A DNA stretch of 62,935 nt, counting the filler, from Craspedostauros australis (taxonomy: Eukaryota), in NCBI GenBank assembly GCA_030167865.1. It is 5 parts of 5 records of this genome, joined end to end, with 100 filler letters (N's around TTAATTAATTAA, not from the genome) between each part and the next. Parts side by side here need not be neighbours in the genome. Positions count along the whole stretch, not along the records: positions 31,569 to 35,448 come from JALAGF010005006.1; positions 35,549 to 60,424 come from JALAGF010005007.1; 3 more parts are not named here. One strand, written 5' to 3'. The notes beneath the pieces are model-generated. The model ran no database searches. It was not told where the DNA came from and saw nothing but the letters and a program-made list of their open reading frames with translations. Made by a program: the position numbers and the translations under genes. Below are positions 34,901 to 46,800 of this stretch, in pieces; the first letter of the stretch is position 1; every line of letters starts with the position of its first letter.

Positions 34901-35359
34901 ATGAGGTACATGCAGGTGGCTCCCATCGACTGCATGTCCGGGCTTCGCTCGATGCTCCGGACCATGGTGCGTACGTTGATGTCGTCGCAACCGATGAGGT
35001 GGTTGAGGAGCGTACGACGTTGTTGCGCGTCGGAGACTTGTTGATCTGGGTTGGTAGCCAGGAAATTCACATTAGCGAATATGTCCTGGATCTCTTTCAC
35101 GTAGGCTCCCAGGTCTTGTCTGCTGGGGTTGAAGTCGTGCACTCTCTTCATCAGAGAGTCGACCTCCATTCCTCTGATCCAGTCGTTGCCGTAGGTATTG
35201 AGGAGCTCATTCCAGAATAGGACACCGTCTTCGGTAAGGAGTCCTCTGGTGGCGAGTCCGTGTGCTGGGCCGCCGGCGAAGACGGAGTATAGTCCCGCGA
35301 ATAGGGTCCTGACGTCGCTCGCGACCTGTTCTGGAGAGATAGTTGTTGGCACTCCTGTC
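31970..35359 (-). mobile_element. copia (CoDi-like, different lineage) gag C-terminus, aspartic protease and integrase fragment
   Basis: 1133-aa open frame apart from an N gap. Protease-like AVCDGGAQCCVIG; LGYLP..IKQTL..TTQ..PMRRHKKSRF; integrase VATDTIFS, FHSDNAKEQ, TEPHNQQQNPAE. Both ends are cut by LTR-B termini. Confidence 0.88.
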
Positions 35360-35448
35360 TGTCGAGATGTACATGTGAGTATATGTCGAGATGTACGTGT
35401 ATATGTGCATCGTTCACCCGTTATTCTCTCATATGCACTTGGACGGTA
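35360..35448 (+). mobile_element. LTR family B terminus, opposite orientation
   Basis: tgtcgagatgtacatgtgagtatatgtcgagatgtac... is the reverse complement of 31881-31969. Confidence 0.85.
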
Positions 35449-38053
35449 NNNNNNNNNNNNNNNNNNNNNNNNNNNNNNNNNNNNNNNNNNNNTTAATTAA
35501 TTAANNNNNNNNNNNNNNNNNNNNNNNNNNNNNNNNNNNNNNNNNNNNAGAACTCTTGTTGGCACCATGTCGTATGTGACACGTCGTCTGGGGGCCTCTG
35601 AGTGGAAATCGAAACAATGCAGAACTTCTCTACTTGTGCACAAAAACATGCGCATAGACGAATTTGAAGCGATGAAACCGTGAAGAGGGACAACTTGGAA
35701 TCTTTTGGGGGAGTGCACAGGTGCATGCGCGCGAGCAATTGTGGAGCCACGTCTTCGCACGAACCATGACATCGCGGGACATGCTTGGAGTAACTCGCAC
35801 CATGATACCGCATCAGCCTCTGGGTTCGTTTTCCTGGACTCATGGTATCGCCTGGATGAACTTCAGAGCAGCGCAGTTAGAATTCCAAATGAGCACCTCA
35901 CGAGAAGGAGAAAGAGAAGAAAAATCCAACCATGCAGATCGCCTTGGGGCAGACACTTTGGTTGTGTTGGCGACGGAAGAGCTTCTCACGCCGCAAGTGG
36001 GGGCGGCGAGCCTTTGTTGGCGAGAGGCGATTGACATGTCGTGAGCGAGAGCATAGGAGAGCGAACATCGCCCGATCAAAACATCCAATGTTGGGACTGT
36101 CAACATCAACGTGTGAATAGGGACATGGGGACGAAACAAACACAACCACGACTACGAGCGTCAACATCAACATCAACATCAGTGCAACGGAGAACGAGGC
36201 ATTGTTCCCAACGAGAAGGGGCTGAGCCATGGCGTGGCAGCAATCTTGCTTGACGGGACCTTGACACGGTGATTATCTGAATACCCTTCCACGGCGGCCA
36301 CACTCCCACATACTCGCGTCTTTGGATTCGTCCCGTGTGATCCATTTGCTGGTGTTCTGTTCGGTTGCCATAACGGCAGAATATGGTGAAGTATTGTGTT
36401 GTGGATGAGCTGCGCAGTGTGGTGTGTCAAGATTTGCGAGGCCGGCAGACGGTCAGAGTCGCGTCCCCAAGTTGTTGGTTGTGCTCAAATTGTTGGTACC
36501 GCACAAGCGTCGAGTCGTCGACTATGTGGTGGCTTGTGTGGCACGTACGAGTGCTGTACTGCGCTGCACTGCACGTTAATGTAGTGTCATGTACTGTACT
36601 GGACTGCATATATTCCTCTGCTCTGCTGCGTCGGCTATTGCGGGTTAATTTCCTCTATTGCCAAAAAGAGTGCTGATTCGGCAGAGAGCTCTTCACGTAG
36701 CTTCTCGCGAAAGACATGGGGACAGCGCCGAGGAGGAGGCGACACAAGAGCAACTCCCATTGCATATTTGGTCGCAAATCGGACCAGAATGGCAATGTCA
36801 CGAACAACTATTTTTGGTCTGGACACGTGTTGGCAGAAACCGAACTTGGGGAACGATGTGGTTGGGGACTGGCGAACGGTGGTGCTGGCGTGTCAAGATT
36901 GTTCCAAAAACAGCCATTTAGTCAGCGAATGGGGGAGCGAGGCATCGCCCATGAAATTTCGAATGGCTATTTAAGGGGAACCGCGACGCCGGCCAGAATC
37001 AAACCAAGTGCCGAACAAAAATGTCAGTTTTCTGGTCGATTCTGACGGACTTCCAGAACGTTTTGGCTTTTTGGCGCGTTGGAGTTCCTCTACCCGTATT
37101 CGTCAAGCTTCCGACCGCCAACGAACAAGCTCTCGCCCTCGCCGCACACGAACAGGCAGCCATCGCAAATCAACTCGTGTCTGACCGCTTCGAGGAACGG
37201 AAGGACGGAGACGGAAATCTTGACCGTTCGCGGTGACGCTGCGAATTTGGTTGGCTCCGCGCTGGAGACCCGTGCTAGCAAAAACAACAAAAAGGCTCTC
37301 TGCATGAGAATGTGTTCGTGTGCGTGGTACCTGTGCTCGTAGATCGTAGAGTACATGTCCCGCGCATGTGGTCGAACCTGTTGCCGTGTTCGAACCACAT
37401 CTCTTCACGTACGAGTACGGTCCAACCAGACCAAAGTGGCACCCGCACAATCACGCTTAGTGTATCCTATGCACCAAAATTACGAGGCGCGAGGCGAACG
37501 CCTGGTCCGACCGGATCCCACACACCTGAGTTTCATCTAAAACAGAGTCGCCGCAAGTTGTACCAGGCTCGTGTCCGCACCGGCGTCTGCACCTCTGCAT
37601 CGAACCTCAGAGCACGTCAGTCAGCCTTGGCAGCGCGCACACATAGACACACAGACAACAGTCGTACTCGTATTCGCACCACGCACACAAACACTCGCTC
37701 TCAGCTTCAGCTTCAGCACCGGCGACAAGGTCGTTGGACCAACCGTCCAAGACCCTGCTGTGGTCTTGCTCGCCATTCGCAGTGTCGGGACAGACTCTTT
37801 TATCAGTTTCGGCTCTGCAACTGCCAACGGTGGGTCCACATTCACGATCTCGCGCTCACACTTGTGCTTTCATTCGCTCTCCGAGTGCTCTGTCGGTGCA
37901 CGTCTACATCAGGAGAGAGTCAGGTCTGCCCCTTCCTTGCCACAAAATCTCTCCTTTGCCTACTCGACCCATTCTCTTCGATTCGAACCAATTCCCAAAC
38001 AATCTCACAAATAACAAACATCCACACGAATACGAGCACTCGTAGCCACCAAG

Positions 38054-40810
38054 ATGTCGACAAACATCGAAATCTGCAAGCAACTTCGACTGGAGCTGGC
38101 CAAGCTCTCGAAGGCATCCCGCGACACGCTGCTGGCCGACATCGACGGGACAAGGCCGATGATCTTTCAGGAAGACGCGCCTGTCGTCGACGATCGAATC
38201 CGCATGCTGGAGGACGTGCTGTCGAAGATGACGGCTCAGGAGACAGAATCCTATCATCAGGCCAAACGACAGTGGACGACCGATGGTTCTGATAGTTCCA
38301 CCCGTGCTCTCTACCTCCGGTTTCTACGGGCAGAGGTATTCCAGGCAGGACTTGCAGCGCACCGCCTGACTCAGTATTTCGATCTGGCCAAGAGGTTGTT
38401 CGGCCCCGCGGTGCTAGGCAGGCCGATTCAGATCACAGATCTGACAGACGATGACATAGAAGCTTTCGCAACTGGTGGCTTTCAGATACTGCAACGGCCC
38501 GATCGAGCGGGGAGGAAGATATGCTTCCATCGAGAGTGGGCGTGCGACTATAAGAGCGTGGACAGCATGGTGAGTGCAGAGTGCAATGGACGGAGCACGG
38601 ACGACCGCTTAATATGGGTCACAGGACGGTAGAAATAGTATGTGCCTTGCATTTGTTGGCAACAGCGCGGGTGTCGCAAGGCCATTGACAATGACATTGC
38701 CAATGGTACACCAGTGATGGTGTGCCCAATGCAGAAAACAACATTGCACACCGCCGCGATGCTGCGAAACGATGCAAGGCGTTGTCATTCGTGTGGCGGC
38801 TCCATGTCGGAACTGTGCTGTGATTTGGGAACGCACTGACGCCGTACGACACAGGCGAAGACACTGGCGGCAATGGACGACGATGGTGACATTGGTGGCG
38901 GTGATACTCTGGTCACGTCGTTGCGCACTCTCGCACATCCAAACACGAATGGATCTTCATACGTTCGCAGGGCAATTGGTATCCACAACAACCATGTCCC
39001 TATCTCGGGAAGTTGAAGGTATTCGTGCACATGTTGATAACACCAACACTAACACTTGCCTTTGCTCTTTTCACTCGATTGGCTCTGTCACTGCAACCAT
39101 CAATACTTATGTTGCTGCTACTGCTGCTACTGTGCTTACAACACTGGTCAATGGATGATCTGACCCACCGTGTGGCCCACGACCATGCAGCTGCGCGCGA
39201 TATTCTATACGATAGATATGGCAAGTCGCGACGAGGAGGTTCAGATCAAGGGAATTGTCTCGTTGAGGCACTGCATCGGGATACCTCCCGATCGTATGAT
39301 GGATGTGAGCACGATGCTCGAACTGGAGAGCTTCCTGCGCTTTGCTGCGCCGCTCAGGGTGGTGGGGATACATGTTGCCAGCGACAGCATGGCGGCACTG
39401 GACACGATCACACCGACGATGAACATGGCACTATCGAGAGAATTGATGCTGCGTTTGGTTGTGCATCACGTTGGTGAGTTCTGCCTGTTTCATGTTGAAG
39501 GGCCTTTGCCCCTCCCAATTTATCGCATCCATCTGGTATGCTTCTATTGCCAAGCTATCTCATACCGTGATGTGCTTTGTTTCGGTTTGGTGCTCTTGTT
39601 CACATGATTCCTGCGGTGCTTATTCTCACAAATGATGCTCTTCTTGCTCTTGGTTTTATCTTTTTCCTGTGGTTTCTACGATTCTCGCGCTTGCCATATG
39701 CACGTGGATCTGTTCTCAGACTCACACGCCGCATTTCTCGAAGAGATGTCCGCATACGGATTCCCAAGAGACTACGACCCGTTGAGCGAGAACGGTGACA
39801 TGAAGTTGGCGGCTCACCTGGACTGGCTTCGATCACAGTTGAAGACCCGAGATTCCCACGGATCTCCGACTCAGGCTGTTGTGGCAACGAGAACATTGCC
39901 TCAAGCGCAGGGCGGAAGCCATGGCGGCTACGCTGATGTAGCCTGGCGAATCGCAGGAGCAACCAATGCGCATGGAGGGGCGGATGCTGCGATGCAGATT
40001 CTTGCAATGTTGCAGAATGCGAGCACAGGCCAAGCGGCTCGTTTGCAGCCTGTGCCTGCACACATCCAATTGGCCCAACAGCAGCAGCAACAACAACAAC
40101 ACCATCAGCTGCACCTGCAGCTGCAGCGACAGAAGGAACAGGCCGCATTGCTCCAGAGACTCGGTGTGCAATCGACGTTGGCACCCATGGGGACTGTCAC
40201 GTCGCATAGCACGACCCAGTTGTCGAATATGATCAACGCATCAGCTCGTTCTGGATTGCAAGGCGGAGTCACGGGGATGGCGTCTGCTTCGCGGCTCACC
40301 GCTATCGTGAACGTGGAGGGAATCGAGATTGACAAGAAACTTCGCCCAACAAGTCTACCAACCCTATTGTTCCTTGAATCCGATCTGACTGTGCTATCGG
40401 CCTACCAGTGCCTGCTGCGACAGCAGATTGAGGTATTCGAGGCAACTGAGGAGGACTTGGAGAACAGTACAGCTCGGTTGAACAGGGTGATTCATCTCAA
40501 ACAGGTAGGTCTTCGTTGCTGCCATTGCATGCGCGAGGATGAATGGAAGAAAGCACCTGGGTCCGTGTACTACCCTGGCGGACTTGGCGTGATCTACCAA
40601 GTAGGGCAAAACATCGCAAAGAACCATCTGCTGCAGGGCTGCTCCCGCATCCCCGAAACAACAAAAGCGCAGCTGCTGCAGCTTCGGTCAGAGAAGAGCA
40701 GAGCTTCAGTGGGAAAGCGCTATTGGAAGGCTGCTGCTATATTCGCTGGCCTATACGAGGATGAGGAACGAGAAGGGAGCCTCTTCTTTCGGCGTGAGCC
40801 ATCAGAGTAG
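38054..40810 (+). CDS. CRAL-TRIO/Sec14-like domain plus Q-rich linker plus C-terminal Cys/His (putative Zn) domain; exons 38054-38569, 39191-39473, 39720-40810
   Basis: LRFLRAE.F.A..AA.RL..YF, DRAGRKI, DEEVQIKGIV; phase-compatible GT-AG introns; C-terminal LSAYQCLLRQQIEVF..VGLRCCHC..YYP..NHL..C..IP. Confidence 0.8.
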
Positions 40811-43800
40811 ATTCATAAGAATCATAAAACAAAATCGTGCCGTACCGTGCAGTATGGCACGGCATGGCTGGCAGACAATCCGCAATGATGACTCTTACTG
40901 AGTGTTGGGTGCTCCTCCGGGTCGCATGTTGTCAGCGTGCCTGATTCTGTGGCTGCGAGCACATTTAGTAGTGCTGCTGCCGATGTTGTTGCTACTGTCG
41001 ACGATGAAAGCAGCAGTGACGATGGAAGTGGGTATGGGTGTGGTGTTGCTGTAGGTGGCGGTGATGATGATTATGATTATGATAGCGGTGGCTATGCCGG
41101 TGCCAGTGCTCTGCCCCCGTCTGCATTTTGGCGATGATCTTGTGAGACTACTCCGTGAGTTGCAGTTTATCACCGTCCTATGGTTCTCCATACCACATCT
41201 CGTCAGATAGAGGTCGATGCTTGCTAGGTGCTGTCAATGGCACACGTTGACAAGTCCCATTCCATTGCTGGTGTGCTGTTGCGTCCACGTACGATTATGA
41301 TAACAACAGTTCAACACATCGTGAGAATACGCGTCATTGCGAGTATTCGTACGTGGAAGAATGGAAGGAGTCTGTTCGCGTGGCATGGGGACCCTCCGTT
41401 GAGAATGGAGCAAGACCGGGTCAAGTCAAAGCGTGTCAGATGCAGAGATAGCGGTGGTTTTTGGTTGCATCACGCTGCAGCTTGTGTGGGATGGAGTGAT
41501 GCTGGGAGGTGGAAAGCCAGCGACGAACCGAGAGAGGAAGTGGACTGGAAACATTGGTTGATCACGTTACAAATTGCTTTTGGTCGCATACTGGCACCAG
41601 GATTCGTTGAGGTCTGTTGCATGCGCCAAGGACGATCATAACGGGGATCTCACTTGGAGGATGTGAGATGGTGAGTAGGAATGCTAGAATTTGCCATGCC
41701 GTGCTGGAAGCAGACACACATGGCGTACTCTCTACATTTACTTCGACCTGCACCGGGCGGCACTAGTCGCAACCCGACTGCAGCTTCTCGCCATTGTGAA
41801 ATGGGGCGATGCGTACCCTACGAAGCCGTAGCTACCACGATGCGGGGTGCAGTGAAGGGTGTTCGTCAGTGGAATTGAGGGTGCCGCCATGTTTGTGATG
41901 TGGGTAGCCTTGCTGGCGTGGCCTTGGCTTGCAACTCACCTATCGTCGCGAAGGCCAAGCAATAGCTTCACCACAGCAAGAGGTACGCTGTTGCCGCTGC
42001 GAGCCTCTTCATCGTGAATTTGTGGATGGTTCACACGATTCTCGCAGTCGCGGCCGCCATCGTCATCGTCATGATTGTGCTTGTGGTGATGTCATTGACG
42101 TTGTTGTGTTTTCGTATCTGCTGGCGATGGCCACGTGCAAGGGGGAGGTGGAGGCCGCAGTGGGGTGAGAATGGCGATGGCTGTAACATACGACTGCTGC
42201 GGTTGTCGATATTGACGATATTGATTATAATGGTTGCAGTGTTGTCATCGATGTTTGGAAACGGAGTCTGTGAGGAAGACTCAGCGTTGAAGGGGGATGG
42301 AGTTGTTGATGTCGATGGAGAGCGAACGCCAAACTGTGACCCGAAGACGGTGGGCGAAGAAAGCCGCTGGCGGTGTTGGTGCTGATGTTGGTGCTGATGT
42401 TGGTGCTTGTGGAGAGGGAGTCATGGCAGAGAGGGAGCTTCGTCTTGTCATTGATTTTCAGTTATTGCAGGCATCCATGTACAAGAATCGTCTGAATGAC
42501 GTCGGTCCGGTTTGAGAATCGACGAAGTGCACCTTACCTGATGTGTTGATGAAAAAGGAAGGGCTGTCCCATTCCTGCCATCGCCTCGGCATCATCCAAC
42601 TCGTCTCCAGATTCTGCCTTGCTGCTCGGTGATGATGTAGTTGGTCCGGGACGTTGGGCGTTGGACATTGGATATTGGCCGTTGAGCATGTCATGTTGGA
42701 TTTTGGACGATCGAGGGAGTGGGACCAATGGCAGCCAAGTGGAGACATACTCGTAGTGGAGATGATGATCCAGGAATCGCATCATTGCAGCAAGGCATCA
42801 AGACGTCGCCATGGACCATTGCCACCCTCGTCTGCACCGCCTCCTGTTGCTTCTGCTTTTGTATCTTTCTTTCTTTGAGAGTGTTGCTTTATGATCCCTC
42901 GCAGGCCATGTACCCATGCATCCTATGAATCCATTTGCAATCTTCGTCTTCTTGCGCCTGTCTCTGCCTTTGGCGAAGTGAGCGCTGCTCATTGGCCTTA
43001 GCACTCTGATTGCAGGTGGACCACATCTCGTACTCGTGTATCGGAACGATTCGTTGAGGAATGACTGAATGTGGCATCATCGGCACCCCCTCATGACCGC
43101 TATGTGGCTACCTTGTTGGCCATGCTTCAAGTGGATGGTTGTTGTTCGCGAAGACCCAGCTTCCGTTGGTCGTTGGGCGCAGACTGCGTCAGCTGCAAAG
43201 ATGGGGTGTACCATGGCTAGTGTGGTACTCATAGAAGACGCCGAAGTGGGTGTACTGTGTACCACACCTCTAAGCACTCATTGATGCTCTGGTGTTTCGC
43301 CCTCTCTGGTGTGTGGGTGATTTGAACACGCCTCGTTTGCCGTGGGCGATACGGACGAAACGCAGGCTTCTCGTGATCTCTCACGAAAATGGCACCAGGC
43401 AAGTGGAGACGAAAACGATGAGATGTGCGCAATGGCGCTGACAGAATCAGCGCCGGCGATCACAGACACTTCAGCTCTTCCCTGTTCCCCTGAGAACCAG
43501 CGTGAGCCAATAACGACAGACAACGCGCGACAACACAAAACCAACACAAAAACATGAAATACTGCTTTGTGCAAAGAAGGCCACACGCAAACTGGAGCAG
43601 AGCAGGGAGAGTGCAGATAGCATGTTTCTGATGCTATACATATACTCAAGCACAATGGAATGGAATGCAAACCAATCCCAACGCGGGTTGGTGCATGAAT
43701 ACGAAGCGGAACAGCCCAAAAGCGATGCAAACCAATCGGAAAAAGTCGAGTGGGCGACGACACTCCAGGGCTCGACGGACTGAATCGCTCCTTTTGCGGA

Positions 43801-46800
43801 CCTGCCGAAACTGCTTTCACCACTAACTTGCTGACACACGCACTGTGGCTCGCACATTGAGATGGGTGGCGTGGCTTGGATGAGTTTGCTCGTTCGTCGC
43901 TGAGCGCAAAGACTTTTTCATGTTCTTTGTCGTGGTGGGTTCCATGAAACGATTGTACTTGTAATGTACAGTTACGCTACTGGCGTGTACCACAAATAAG
44001 AGAACACGAGAAGCGTGCAAATAAGTGGTGGTCAGCAAAACTGCCTGTCCGCGCGTCGTCGTTATGCTTCCGCTCGGCAGCGGCGTGACGTGGTCGCTCG
44101 TTATAGTACGTGTGACGTAGGCCGCCTTGGGTGCGAACCGAGGCTTTTTTCCCGCATGTGATGGTGGGGCGAGGTCGTTTCCTCGTTCGCGTTTCTCACC
44201 AAGATGTCTCTTTTCTCGTTTCTCGGTGGAGGTCCCGAGAATTATCACGCGAAGAACGCAGTTTGAAGTTGGTGACCCAGCGCCCAAACTTTTTTGGGAT
44301 TTTTACGACCTTTGGGTGCATGGGAACAGAATGCAAAGTGCGGAAGTGCATAGGCACCCGTGTCATGCGATTCAGAATCAAGGCGCGGAACGAAACGCCA
44401 GAGCCAGACAGATAGGCAGGCAGGTAGGCAGGTAGGCAGACAGACCCAGGAACTACCTCTCATAACCTTGGATACGAGTGCAGTGTCCTCGCTTGCTCTT
44501 TCTCTTGTGTGTTCCTGTGGTTTCTCTCTGTTGATATTTGTTTGGTGAACACCCTTTCTGTGCACAGGTGGTTGTGCTAAAGATGATCTATCGCTTTCTG
44601 GCATCGTAGAGAAATGGCTGCCACGAACTCTGCTCAAAGAAGGACGAATGCTCAGCCGAGACTCGTATCATATGTACGGCTACTCTTGCATTCAAGTACT
44701 CTATGGGTACGAGTATGTACCTGTGAACATCAACCAGAGTGACAACGGCCATGAGAAGCCAATGCCCAATCTGATGTTTGTGTCATTTTGCTGACCAAAA
44801 TCTACAGCATTCTTTCGTGTACCTCCGTACTGAAATCCTTGTGCGAAGGTTCGCATTCGGCTATTGGACGGAACATGCGTGTCAACAAGAAAAGAACCGC
44901 AGATCTTTTCCGCCGGAAAGGAGGATGACCTGATCAATCCTGGAGTGTGTCCAAGAAGAGCGGCAAGGATCCGAAAGCGAGAGGCGAGGGTCCACGCAAT
45001 TGGGACGACCATCTGTGGCGGGGGTTGTTCATGCGTACTCGTACTCGTACTTGTACTTCTTTGCGTCAAGTTACTACCCACACCAGCAGTGGTACCGATT
45101 TCAGAGCCTCCTTTGGTTGAGTACTGGTAGGCGTACGAATAGAACAGAGGAGAGCAGAGTAGCTCGCACGAGTACCAGCACAGGCATGTCATCCGTACGT
45201 CAGGACTCGTTGCCTCTTGGTGAGATTGTCACATGCCATTCATCGAGGGAGGCTCACCCGCTGTCACTTCCACCTGTTTGAGATCATCGGCGCGCAACGT
45301 TTAGAAGGCGAAAACGCGTGATGGAGGATACAACAGTTCATCAACGAGAGAGAGAGAGAGAGAGAGAGACGAAAGCATTCGTATCATCTCCACGCCACGA
45401 CCACAGACGGTCTCTTTCTCTCTCTTTCTTTCGAGGGAGTGTATCGCGTCACCACTCCGCGAGCAATAAATCCAAAGATGCATGGTGTATTCGTACGAGC
45501 TATGAATAGAGAGCGCAAGCTACACCACCTGAAACGCGGCACTCCACGATCCGCGAGTATGGTTGTGCGTACAAGTACAGTAGAGCAGAGTAGAGTAGGC
45601 CATACTCGTTCGGTGTTCCACTGTGATTCCCTTCCTGCGTTTGTGAAGTTTGGCAACCACCAGAACGAACACGTCAAAATTGGAAGCGTGAAGCAAACGC
45701 CACGAACATCGTCGGCAGAAGTCAGCGCGGCTTCCTTCACAAGACATGATGCACAACTCGAAGTATGGAGCAACAGATGATGGCATGACGAGTCATATGT
45801 TCTTGTACACTAGAGAGGGTGTGATCTGCCCTCATTGAAGGTTCGTGTTGTTGTCAGTCTTCCTCAAGTACTCCAGAGAGAGAGAGAAAGAGCAAGAGAG
45901 AAAACTGCTCCCTCGTACTGGTTGGAGGACTCCGGCAGCGTTCGCGAGAAATGCTTGGACCTTTGTGATGGAACCCAATGCGCTTGTAGATCCTTCGTGC
46001 GTACATATGGCTTTGTTGAGGGAAGTTCGTATCTACTCCTGCTCTGGGACCATGTATCTTACTTCGCTACTATATCCCTGATGAACTCTGAGGGATGGAC
46101 AGCAGGGGGAGCACAACGCGCGCATGCGCACAAGCCAGATGGTGACGCTTCCTCGTCGTTCCCCAGGAGACACATGAGCCATCTATGCTTCTGTTGTGGG
46201 AAGCTCCCAATCTCAGTGGCTCCTTCACGGCTTTCGAGCTTCGATGCTTGCATGACGGGACCTTCCCAGTCACAAGACGGAGTTCTGCATTTGCAAGAGT
46301 GCGGGCACGAATTGTCTTTCATCACACAAGGACAGTACGGGCATGCTCATGCGAGGTGGAGCGTGACGAGATAACAAGTCCTCCTCCGAAACCTGGAGAC
46401 GAGTACAATGTTGCCACACCAAGTACTCCAGAGTGTGCAGAGTTCCACGAGTCAGCCAGAAAGATGACAGGAATGGCAACGACGACGGTTTTATATTTTG
46501 TTGATGTGGTGTGAATGTAGTTGTAGTTGTAGGTGGGCGTTGTCTGCAATGAATTTACAATACCAACTTGCACGCAGAAAGTAGAAGTGAAACAAACTGA
46601 AGTGCTTGTGTTTCCAAAGGCATTGGTCAACATCATAGAGTATTGCACATGGCAGAATAGAGGACACCACTCTTGACGCATGCCTCCACTTCCCCACAGC
46701 TAAACATATCACCTGATTTTTTGTCTCGTTTGAAACTGCCTCTGTTTGGACTACTGTGCGATGTCAAGCCGCTGTGTTCTGCTTCCTTATTTCTTTTACG

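Noticed and set aside
30689..35448. Three ~100-bp repeats as a CRISPR-like array
   Set aside because: Too long, irregularly spaced, one copy is inverted, they sit on different contigs, and there are no cas genes. They behave as LTR termini.
35530..38050. ORFs 37312..38292 and 37090..37398, and a weak inverted repeat at 36777/37030
   Set aside because: Compositionally UTR-like with no motifs; the inverted repeat is too short and imperfect to call a MITE.
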